64,000 bases of DNA from an uncultured Verrucomicrobiae bacterium (GTDB lineage: Bacteria; Chlamydiota; Chlamydiia; Chlamydiales; Rhabdochlamydiaceae), in assembly GCA_963806855.1 (NCBI GenBank), contig CAWDYW010000003.1, positions 128,001-192,000 on the forward strand, in the 5' to 3' direction. A model generated the notes under the pieces. The model was not told the DNA's origin. It ran no database searches and saw only the letters and a list, made by a program, of their open reading frames with translations. Below are positions 9,595-17,183 of the stretch, one piece after another (the stretch's first letter is position 1; each line of letters starts with the position of its first letter). Position numbers and translations under genes: made by a program.

Positions 9595-10844
9595 TTAGGC
9601 TCCAGCTTGCGGCCGAGTTTCCACGTAGCGAAGACCCAGCTTAAGCCGAGCCCGACTGCAATTGCTCCGGCAAAGGGGGCGCTGGCTAAAGCACCTCCGC
9701 AGAGGTGACATAAGCTCATGCTGATGGCTGAGCCGCTGCCTCTTCCCAGCCTCGCACAGATCCCATCGACAACGAGTTTCCCTTTCATTTTTAGCGAGGG
9801 AGGGAGCTGCACAAAACAGAGTTCCTTGGAAGCATCGAAGAGGGTGTATTTGGCCGCGCGGCAGATGCAGAATTGCAGCGAACCCAGGAAAATGACCAGG
9901 GAGGTGGCTGAGGGGGCAGTGCGTAGAAAGAAAAAGAAGGCCCCCTCTGTGAGGAGGAGACAAAGGGGGGTGGCAAGGGCTGCACAAATCCATTGGGTGC
10001 GCTGCAGAATGTATGGGGTGATGAGAAGGGCGCTGATCACAGTCAAGACCCCGCACCAAGTAGAGAGGATGCTCAAGTAGTTGCAATAATCGCATGCATT
10101 AGGGAATTTCACGTGTAGCAAGTCGAGGAAAATCACTTCCCCGAGGCTATAGGCGATGTAGTCAGCGATGACGATCCAAGCAAGGAGCCTAAGCTGAGGA
10201 ACTTGAAGGCAGAGCTTGGCGCTCTCTTTTAGAGAGAATTTCTCTTCGGAGGATCTGGTTTGGCAGTGGGAGGAGAAGTAATGCCAGAGCTTGTAATACA
10301 ACAGGGCTGTAACGGCTCCTAAAATGGTAACCGCGATCATCATCGAAATCAGGGCATGGGTCCAGATTTTTGATGAAGTGCAAAAGGAGACAAGGGGGCC
10401 AGCCAAGATCGCCCCGAGACTATTTGCAAACATGAGAGGGCCATAGAGCTTCTTTGCCTCGCTTTTTGGGATATGTTGATTGACCAGACCCCAAAATAAA
10501 ATAATGGCAAGGGCTGGCTTCCACAGTTCGCCGAGCACGTAAAATAGAATTGAAAGTTTGAATAGCTGACCGAAGGCAAAGATTAGAAAAAAGGCCAAGA
10601 AAGAGCCGATCGTGACAAAAAAGACCTTGTGGATCTGAAATCGGCTCAGCAGCCATGAGAGCCCCCAGGTCATCAAAATGCTGGCCGGTAAAGCGCCGAA
10701 CAACTCGAAAAAGGGAATCGTGCTCGCCCCGTTACCCTGATCGACAGCAAGTGTATTACGGACATTTCTCAAAATAGTGAAATTGACGTTTAGTAGTAAG
10801 GCGATACCAAACATCTGGAAAAAAACTGGCCGGTTCCAGCTCAT
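9570..10844 (-). CDS. Divergent NTT/TLC (Npt1/Npt2 ATP/ADP translocase family) transporter, 424 aa
   Basis: NFTILRNVRNTL, IPFFELF, FYVLGELW, FWGLVNQ...EAKKLY, AKYTLFDASKEL and KGKLVVDGICARLGRGSG correspond to NTT family blocks. The ATG at 10844 overlaps the thiE stop (ATGA). Confidence 0.88.
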   Translation of the reverse strand: MSWNRPVFFQMFGIALLLNVNFTILRNVRNTLAVDQGNGASTIPFFELFGALPASILMTWGLSWLLSRFQIHKVFFVTIGSFLAFFLIFAFGQLFKLSILFYVLGELWKPALAIILFWGLVNQHIPKSEAKKLYGPLMFANSLGAILAGPLVSFCTSSKIWTHALISMMIAVTILGAVTALLYYKLWHYFSSHCQTRSSEEKFSLKESAKLCLQVPQLRLLAWIVIADYIAYSLGEVIFLDLLHVKFPNACDYCNYLSILSTWCGVLTVISALLITPYILQRTQWICAALATPLCLLLTEGAFFFFLRTAPSATSLVIFLGSLQFCICRAAKYTLFDASKELCFVQLPPSLKMKGKLVVDGICARLGRGSGSAISMSLCHLCGGALASAPFAGAIAVGLGLSWVFATWKLGRKLEPNQGKLIVE

Positions 10845-11530
10845 GAGGCCCCCTTCATCAGATTGGAGATTTCTCGGGCTGTATGGAGCGGATCTTCTGC
10901 CCTCATGATTTCCCCAGCCATCGCAATCCCATCCACTGGTCGAAGGATTTCTTTGATCTGTGGTAAATTTTTTCGAGTGATATTTCCTATAAGCACAACG
11001 GGATGGCGAGTGAAGGCAATCACTTTCCTCGCTCCTTGAATTCCCCATGGCGGAGCATCTGCGGACCGTGGAGGTTTTGTCTGATTTGAGGGAAACACCT
11101 GCACGCCGAGATAATTGACATCCAGCATTTCGGCTCTGAGCACATCGTCCCATGTGTTGACGGTTAGCCCAATGGTCGCCTTCGGCCCCAAAAGCTGGCG
11201 CGCTGAAAGGCAGGAGAGATCTTTTTGACCCAAGTGAACCCCTGCTAGGCCAGCCTTGAGGGCAATGTCCGCGCAATTGTTGACGATAATGGGGAGATTC
11301 TTCCGATCAGCGAGCTCTTTCAAAGTCAAAATCAATGGATAAGAACTGTAGAGAGCTTGGTTGGGCCCCCAGAGTTGGATATAGGAAATGCCTCCATCCC
11401 GGGCTTTTTCGATGGTCGTAAAAAAGGTTTTAAGGGTTGCCGCTGTCTGGACTTGCGGCAGTGGCGCGACTAGACCAAAGGTGAGAAAACGGGAAATCGA
11501 CATTTCGTACTCCATGGTAAAAAGTTCCAC
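10841..11530 (-). CDS. thiE: Thiamine-phosphate synthase-like protein with degenerate active-site motifs
   Basis: GGISYIQL, IIVNN, GVHLGQKD, IGLTV, FPSNQTK and PVVLIGNI; downstream of a TPP riboswitch. Exact start uncertain (11530, 11515 or 11503). Confidence 0.85.
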   Translation of the reverse strand: MELFTMEYEMSISRFLTFGLVAPLPQVQTAATLKTFFTTIEKARDGGISYIQLWGPNQALYSSYPLILTLKELADRKNLPIIVNNCADIALKAGLAGVHLGQKDLSCLSARQLLGPKATIGLTVNTWDDVLRAEMLDVNYLGVQVFPSNQTKPPRSADAPPWGIQGARKVIAFTRHPVVLIGNITRKNLPQIKEILRPVDGIAMAGEIMRAEDPLHTAREISNLMKGAS

Positions 11531-11570
11531 CAGGGAATAACGAAAAAAGAAGAATATGTCTTTTCTTATA

Positions 11571-11658
11571 CATCCACACTTCCTACGCTGGCATTATCCA
11601 GATCAGGTGTTGAGGGTCTTTCTCAGCTAAGAAACGGTTCTTAGCACCCCTGGTGATG
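11571..11658 (-). ncRNA. TPP riboswitch
   Basis: Minus strand reads CAGGGGTGCTAAGAACCGTTTCTTAGCTGAGAAAGACCCTCAACACCTGATCTGGATAATGCCAGCGTAGGAAG, with all TPP-aptamer consensus blocks (GGGGUGC, CUGAGA, ACCC, CUGAU, UAAUGCCAGCGUAGG). Confidence 0.97.
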
Positions 11659-11693
11659 CAACTAAGCATATCTTCCGAATTGCTTTTTTGCAA

Positions 11694-12533
11694 CTACTGT
11701 TGCATGGGTTTTTGACGGAGCCATTTGGTGATGATCCACTTATCTCCCTTGGTGACTGGAAAGCCGGAGTGTAAGGTAAGGGGGTCTTCTTTTCCTTCAG
11801 GAGTGCAGTTATAAAATAGAACCGCATTGCCTTTGATGGGCTGCACTCTGATATTGACTTCGGGGAAAACTGTTTCGCCCCCTTCATCTACTGTGTTGAG
11901 ATACATGATGAGGGTAGCGACTCTTTGCCCCCCGACCTCTAGATGCACAGTATGGCCTGGAAAGTCCTTTTGAAAATAATCAAAATGGGGTGTGAATTCT
12001 GCGCCGATTCCATAGTTGAGGACTTGCAAAGCTTCTCCATATTCCACGGGAATTTGGGTATAGGTTGCAATCCGTTTCTCAATGCTTTGGAGAATTGGAT
12101 CTTGGTGGAATTGAAAATCCATCCCATGACTTGTTCTAGAGGTGTCGACGGTGCCTTCTCCCGTCTCCACATCGATGACTAGAGAACGGGAAAGTTTATT
12201 GCTCGCCTCTTTGATGATATGGTCGCATTCTGCAGGGGATAGAAAATTTTGAATCAAGTAAATGCGGGGAGTGCGGCTGAGCACCTTGACATTAGGGTCT
12301 GTCGTCAAATTCCGAATGGCTGAATTCGAGATTATTTTCTCCCTAGGAGGCGATAACGAATCAGGGGTCATATTGGCCAATATTACCCCTGATTCGTTAT
12401 CGCCTCCCAGGGGAAAAGAACTCGAATTCAGCAGATTCGGAATTTGACGACAGGCCCTAGGCTGCTTTTCAATAGGATCGGCATAGCTATTGATAGACAG
12501 GATCAAGAATAGAAAAAGATAGATTCGCTTCAT
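11694..12533 (-). CDS. Secreted prolyl 4-hydroxylase-like 2OG-Fe(II) oxygenase carrying a 55-aa repeat-derived insertion
   Basis: Signal peptide; PRIYLIQNFLSPAECD, RTSHG, HFD, RVATLIMYL, GGETVFP, TLHSG and KWIITKW. Confidence 0.9.
   Translation of the reverse strand: MKRIYLFLFLILSINSYADPIEKQPRACRQIPNLLNSSSFPLGGDNESGVILANMTPDSLSPPREKIISNSAIRNLTTDPNVKVLSRTPRIYLIQNFLSPAECDHIIKEASNKLSRSLVIDVETGEGTVDTSRTSHGMDFQFHQDPILQSIEKRIATYTQIPVEYGEALQVLNYGIGAEFTPHFDYFQKDFPGHTVHLEVGGQRVATLIMYLNTVDEGGETVFPEVNIRVQPIKGNAVLFYNCTPEGKEDPLTLHSGFPVTKGDKWIITKWLRQKPMQQ
12293..12459. mobile_element. 163-bp palindromic element with TA duplication, inserted in frame in a CDS
   Basis: TA|GGGTCTGTCGTCAAATTCCGAAT...ATTCGGAATTTGACGACAGGCCC|TA, with inner IR GGAGGCGATAACGAATCAGGGGT/ACCCCTGATTCGTTATCGCCTCC. 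Confidence 0.93.
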
Positions 12534-12589
12534 AATCCTGTATATGACAAATTCTGAATTTTTTTGTAAAGTCCCTTACCGAAACAACT

Positions 12590-13045
12590 TTAAGAAATAC
12601 GCTCTGCGATGTCCCAGATGTAACCGTTTGGGCAAGAAACACGTCCCCGATAATCTCCCCAGAAAGTTTCACCAGGCTTAGAAAGACTGGTCATTCCAGC
12701 GTCCAATGCTCTTTGATAAGTCTTATCGACATCATCGACATAGACATAAAAGAGACTTGTAGGGGGACTATGAGTTGTTGCGGGAGCTTTGAGCTCTGAA
12801 TCTAAACCCTCGCTCGTCAGAAGGAAATTGGTCCCTCGATATCTAAGACGGGTTGCAACCAACTTCTCATTATTTTCTGAATCGGGCTGATCGAAAATCG
12901 AGACAAAGTTAAAGACTGAGATGTAAAGATCTCTGGCTTTTCTGACATTAGGCACTGCAAGGATAGTTGCAATCCAGTTGAGCCCCGTCCAGGGCGCTGG
13001 TCTGATCTCCACATTGTCAAACCAAAATAAATTAGATTCGCTCAT
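12590..13045 (-). CDS. VOC/glyoxalase family protein
   Basis: YVYVDDVDKTYQRALDAG and FWGDYRGRVSCPNGYIW. Confidence 0.88.
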   Translation of the reverse strand: MSESNLFWFDNVEIRPAPWTGLNWIATILAVPNVRKARDLYISVFNFVSIFDQPDSENNEKLVATRLRYRGTNFLLTSEGLDSELKAPATTHSPPTSLFYVYVDDVDKTYQRALDAGMTSLSKPGETFWGDYRGRVSCPNGYIWDIAERIS

Positions 13046-13299
13046 GATGTCCTCCGTTTAATCCACGCTGGTTGTTTCTTTAATAGGTTTTCAGCCATCT
13101 TTTGGGCGGCTTGGGGGGCGAGTCCTTGAGAATGGATGAAATATCCTGTTGTTCCTTCTAGGACTTCCTCGTAGGATTTCAAGGATCCGTCACTTTTTGT
13201 ACAGTGACTGCAATAAGGGATTTTCTCATTCGCTAAAGCGTGATCACTCGGTTTTTGAAGAGGCATCCCGCAGGATGAGCATGAATTACATTTTGTCAT
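13042..13299 (-). CDS. Putative zinc-ribbon domain protein
   Basis: CSSCGMP...YCSHC and terminal PAW; coupled to both neighbours. Confidence 0.8.
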   Translation of the reverse strand: MTKCNSCSSCGMPLQKPSDHALANEKIPYCSHCTKSDGSLKSYEEVLEGTTGYFIHSQGLAPQAAQKMAENLLKKQPAWIKRRTS

Positions 13300-13870
13300 T
13301 GTTTTCTCCTTTAATGAGTTTTGTAAAAAATTGAATTAATTCTGGCCCTTTTGTCGACAAAACGGAGCCGTTTGGTGAAAAAAGTTCCCGGTTCGCAAGG
13401 TAATAATGCACTAGCCCTAGCCAAGTGTTTAAAACTAAATGGAGGGGAAGCTCCAAGGGCAACCCTTCTTTGGTTAAAGCCTGTTCTAAATAAAAGGCGA
13501 TGCCCGATTGGATATTGAATATGGCTGTTCTAATATCCTCAGGAAGATGGGGAGCGCAAATGACCAGTTGAGTATAGAACGGTTCCCATAGTCGCAAAAC
13601 AGAGATGTAGGTCGTCAATACTGATTCCAAATTTCCTGGTTTAATCTTGTTTTTTAGCTCGATTCCAAGGTGCATCCCAAATTCATCGATGACGGCGAGC
13701 ATAAGGGCCTCTCGTGTGGGAAAATGGACAAAAATGGTCCCATGCGAGAGGTTTGCGGCCTTGGCGATATCTAAGGTTTTGGTTGCAAGCAGTCCGCCAC
13801 TCGAGAATTCCTCTAGGGCCGTTTGCAAAACCCTCGCCCTGGTCTCTTCCTTTTGTCTTTGCCTGGTCAT
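13286..13870 (-). CDS. TetR/AcrR family regulator
   Basis: N-terminal HTH: DIAKAANLSHGTIFVHFPTRE. Confidence 0.92.
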   Translation of the reverse strand: MTRQRQKEETRARVLQTALEEFSSGGLLATKTLDIAKAANLSHGTIFVHFPTREALMLAVIDEFGMHLGIELKNKIKPGNLESVLTTYISVLRLWEPFYTQLVICAPHLPEDIRTAIFNIQSGIAFYLEQALTKEGLPLELPLHLVLNTWLGLVHYYLANRELFSPNGSVLSTKGPELIQFFTKLIKGENNDKM

Positions 13871-13889
13871 GTAATAAGTCTCCGCTCAG

Positions 13890-13908
13890 TGAGTTATTAC
13901 TCATTATA
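13890..13908 (-). promoter_or_regulatory. Putative TetR operator next to a -10 box
   Basis: TGAGT-N4-ACTCA inverted repeat (13890-13903) abutting a minus-strand TATAAT (13903-13908), upstream of tetR. Confidence 0.5.
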
Positions 13909-13959
13909 ATCCAAGAGTCGGATTTAGGGCAAGAAATTGCGGAACACCTTAAGGTTGAG

Positions 13960-15126
13960 TTAATTGCGTAAGGCGGCTTTGAGCCGTGGGCCAATCCCAA
14001 GCAGCCGCTGCTTGGGCTCATTGGAGAAGACAAAGCGCAAGTATTTAGAGGCGGTTGCTCCCCATCCGTTCATAGGCGTAGTGGCGATTTTGGCCTCTCT
14101 TAGAAGTCTCTCTGCAGCCTGCTGGGAGGAGATCCCGATCGCTTCTGTATCTAATAAGAGCGACCATCCACCATGCGGAGGGATGACGGGGAGTCCTTTC
14201 ATTTCATTGAGCAATACATCTCTCCGTTCTTGCCAAATCGAAAGCGCTGTGGTTAATCCATCGTCTTGGGCATTGAGGCCGGCAGCGACTCCAGCCATGC
14301 TGATTCCCGTTTGACAGACTACGTTGGCCATGCTGACCAGGCCGATGTTGTTCATGATGTTTTGGGGGCCGACAATCCAGCCTACACGCCATCCGATCAT
14401 GCGCAACTCTTTTGAGGCGGCCCCAACGGTGATCGTTCGCTCACGCATGTTGGGCAGTGATGCGGGGTGAATTATGGGGCGATTGTCATATAGAATGCGC
14501 TCCATGGCGGCATCGTAGAGTAGCCAAGAGTCGGTTTGCTGGGCTATGCGCGCGACTGCTTCCCATTCTCCTTTAGTGAGGATATGTCCCGTCGGCATCC
14601 CCGGGCTGATGACGATCATGCGGGTGCGAGGGGAAGCTGCTTTGTCAAGGGCCTGCAGATCTAGCCGCCAGCCTGATGGGGATGGAATGAGCGGGACAAA
14701 GACCGGAATTCCATTGGCCAAGCGAATCCGGTTGATGATCCCCGCATAGGTGGGATCGGTGACGATCACCTCATCGCCAGGTTCAAGTAGAGCGAGGAGG
14801 CAATTCAGAATTCCTGACATGCCACCCGCTGAAATGATGCACTCGGTTTGCCAGTCATAGGTCAGATGATTGAGGCGCGCTATCCTGTTAGTGACCGCTT
14901 TTCTCAACTCATTTTGGCCGAGAAATGGGAGATAGCTGTTATTTTCATCTTGTCCAATCCCGCTTTTCGTCACTTCTATGGCGATAGCAGGAGGGGGGAT
15001 GTCGGTGTCGAGGTTTTCGAGCCGCAAAACAGCTGGATCCCCAGTTTCATCTGCGGCATTGCCCATCCGATCTACCCCGATTCCTGGGATATTTTTGAGT
15101 CTTGATACTGTTGCTAATCTTGGCAT
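13960..15126 (-). CDS. PLP-dependent aminotransferase, class I/II
   Basis: PGDEVIVTDPTY, YDAAME and SKELRMIGWRVGW (PLP Lys). Confidence 0.9.
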   Translation of the reverse strand: MPRLATVSRLKNIPGIGVDRMGNAADETGDPAVLRLENLDTDIPPPAIAIEVTKSGIGQDENNSYLPFLGQNELRKAVTNRIARLNHLTYDWQTECIISAGGMSGILNCLLALLEPGDEVIVTDPTYAGIINRIRLANGIPVFVPLIPSPSGWRLDLQALDKAASPRTRMIVISPGMPTGHILTKGEWEAVARIAQQTDSWLLYDAAMERILYDNRPIIHPASLPNMRERTITVGAASKELRMIGWRVGWIVGPQNIMNNIGLVSMANVVCQTGISMAGVAAGLNAQDDGLTTALSIWQERRDVLLNEMKGLPVIPPHGGWSLLLDTEAIGISSQQAAERLLREAKIATTPMNGWGATASKYLRFVFSNEPKQRLLGIGPRLKAALRN

Positions 15127-15174
15127 ACGTGCTCCTTGAATTGATTTTGATGATAGCGGATCCCTATGAATTTA

Positions 15175-15219
15175 GTCAAATTGTTTAAATTTGACAAAAT
15201 GTCATCTATGGGATATAAT
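15175..15219 (+). promoter_or_regulatory. Consensus sigma70/66 promoter with overlapping inverted repeats (putative operator)
   Basis: TTGACA (15191) - 17 bp - TATAAT (15214). GTCAAATT-N5-AATTTGAC (15175-15195) and TGACA-N3-TGTCA overlap the -35 box. Confidence 0.75.
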
Positions 15220-15240
15220 GGTTCTAAAAGAGGAATAGAG

Positions 15241-15870
15241 ATGCCAAAAAATCAGTTTACGGCCTTGTGGAAGCAGTATGAGCCGTTCATTCAGGCGATT
15301 GTCGAGCTGTTTCATCCCTTTGCTGAGGCTGCAGTTCACGACCTTGAAAAGGGGAAAATAGTGGCGATCTACCACAACATTTCGCAGAGGAAAATAGGAG
15401 ATCCTTCGCCATTAAAGGAGTTGCAAGTCAACATTCAAGATTTTCCCGACTTTTTCTCTCCGTATTACAAGGAGAATTGGGATGGGCGTCCGCTGAAATG
15501 CACCTCGGTGACGATGCGCAATCAAGCGGGAAAGCCAATTGGTCTCATTTGTATCAATGTGGACGTCTCATTTTTTCGCGACGGTGCTCAATTATTGGAC
15601 GCATTTTTGAAGACAAAGGTGGAGGCGAGTAATCCGGTGGAAATTTTTAGCGCTGGAGGTGAGGAGCAGGTGCTGAAGGTCTTGAAGCAATGCCTAGAAG
15701 AAAAGAACTTGTCGCTTGTACACTTGAATCGGGATCAGAAAAAGGAGCTCGTTTGGCAGCTCTATCAGAAGGGAGTGTTTAATTTCAAAAATGCGATTCC
15801 ATTGGTGGCGAAAAAGCTCAAAACCTCACGCGGCAGCATTTATAACTACATTAAGCAGGAGATAAAATGA
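15241..15870 (+). CDS. YheO/DauR-like PAS + HTH transcriptional regulator
   Basis: EAAVHDL, GRPLKCTS, GLICINVD, KGVFNFKNA and SRGSIYNY. Confidence 0.88.
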   Translation: MPKNQFTALWKQYEPFIQAIVELFHPFAEAAVHDLEKGKIVAIYHNISQRKIGDPSPLKELQVNIQDFPDFFSPYYKENWDGRPLKCTSVTMRNQAGKPIGLICINVDVSFFRDGAQLLDAFLKTKVEASNPVEIFSAGGEEQVLKVLKQCLEEKNLSLVHLNRDQKKELVWQLYQKGVFNFKNAIPLVAKKLKTSRGSIYNYIKQEIK

Positions 15871-17129
15871 AGATTTGGATTGTGGATGCATTTGCAAAAG
15901 AGCCCTATAGTGGCAATCCGGCTGCAGTTGTGCTAGTGGATGAATTTCCCGAAGATGCAGTTTGTCAAAAAATCGCAGCCGAAATGAATCTTTCGGAGAC
16001 TGCATTTGTCAAACATTTGCATGCAAATCATTATCATCTACGTTGGTTTACCCCCAAAACCGAGGTCAAGCTTTGCGGCCATGCAACTCTTGCTACTGCC
16101 CATATCCTGCATCAAGAAAAGCGTGTTAAAGAGGGAGGAATTCTATTTGATTCCCTCAGCGGTCTGTTAAAGGTATCGGTTTCGCAATCCCTGTACACTC
16201 TCGACTTCCCGCTCCAAAGAGTTGGCGATCGGTTGGAATTGGCTTCGATCGAGAAGAATTTCCCCAATCGGATTCAGGCGGTAAAGGCATATGATGATGT
16301 GATCATAGAGCTGCCGAGCGCCGAAGAGGTCGTGAACTATATTCCTCAGATTAGCGAGTTAGAAAAAATCGAATGTCGGGGAATTATTATCACAGCTAAG
16401 GGGAGTGGGCCCTATGATTTTGTATCCCGCTTTTTTGCTCCAAAAGTAGGAGTAAACGAAGATCCAGTGACGGGATCGGCCCATTGTAAATTAGCCGACT
16501 ATTGGCAAAGCAAATTGAAGAAATCGCAATTTTTAGCTTATCAAGCCTCAAAGCGCAGAGGTGAAATTGCTATTTCTGTCCACGGCGATAGAGTGCATCT
16601 TTCTGGTCACGCGGTCACCATTTTGCAAGGAGAATGGCAGATCCCAATCACGATGCTAAAAAACTCTTCAAGGCGAGTGCAAGATGCGTTAAATCAATAC
16701 AATCTTGGGCTAAAAGTCGTTGAGTTTTCAGATTTAACGCGCACATCCCAAGAAGCTGCCGATGCCATCGGTTGTGAGGTGGGGCAAATTGCGAAGACAT
16801 TAATTTTTAAAGGCAAAAGGTCTGGCAAAGCAATTTGTGTGATTGCTAGTGGAAAAAATCGGGTGGATGAGAAAAAAATCGTAGCGATAATCGGGGAACC
16901 AATCGAAAAACCTGACGCCGAATTCGTTTTAAAACAGACTGGTTTTGCCATCGGGGGAGTTCCGCCTATTGGGTATGAACTCGATCTCGAGCCCCTTCTC
17001 GATGAAGATCTGATGCAATATCATGAGATCTGGGCTGCTGCCGGGACTCCTCATTCTGTCTTTTGTCTCTCTCCGGAGAATCTAATCCAGATTACAAAAG
17101 GGAAAGTGGCAGATGTAAAGAAATATTAG
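15867..17129 (+). CDS. PhzF-family isomerase fused to a YbaK/EbsC (aminoacyl-tRNA deacylase-like) domain
   Basis: N-terminal part has VDAF, GNPAAV, MNLSETAF, LCGHAT and EDPVTGSAH. C-terminal part has AIGCEVGQIAKTLIF, TGFAIGGVPP and WAAAGTP. Confidence 0.88.
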   Translation: MKIWIVDAFAKEPYSGNPAAVVLVDEFPEDAVCQKIAAEMNLSETAFVKHLHANHYHLRWFTPKTEVKLCGHATLATAHILHQEKRVKEGGILFDSLSGLLKVSVSQSLYTLDFPLQRVGDRLELASIEKNFPNRIQAVKAYDDVIIELPSAEEVVNYIPQISELEKIECRGIIITAKGSGPYDFVSRFFAPKVGVNEDPVTGSAHCKLADYWQSKLKKSQFLAYQASKRRGEIAISVHGDRVHLSGHAVTILQGEWQIPITMLKNSSRRVQDALNQYNLGLKVVEFSDLTRTSQEAADAIGCEVGQIAKTLIFKGKRSGKAICVIASGKNRVDEKKIVAIIGEPIEKPDAEFVLKQTGFAIGGVPPIGYELDLEPLLDEDLMQYHEIWAAAGTPHSVFCLSPENLIQITKGKVADVKKY

Positions 17130-17183
17130 TATTATCCATTTAATCCACCGCCGTTTAATAATAGCTGGGCAAAAGGGGTTGTT

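Noticed and set aside
10845..11276. 144-aa N-terminal extension of the 568-aa ORF
   Set aside because: It is an alternative frame of thiE. The NTT-like sequence and the duplicated fragment both begin at the ATG at 10844.
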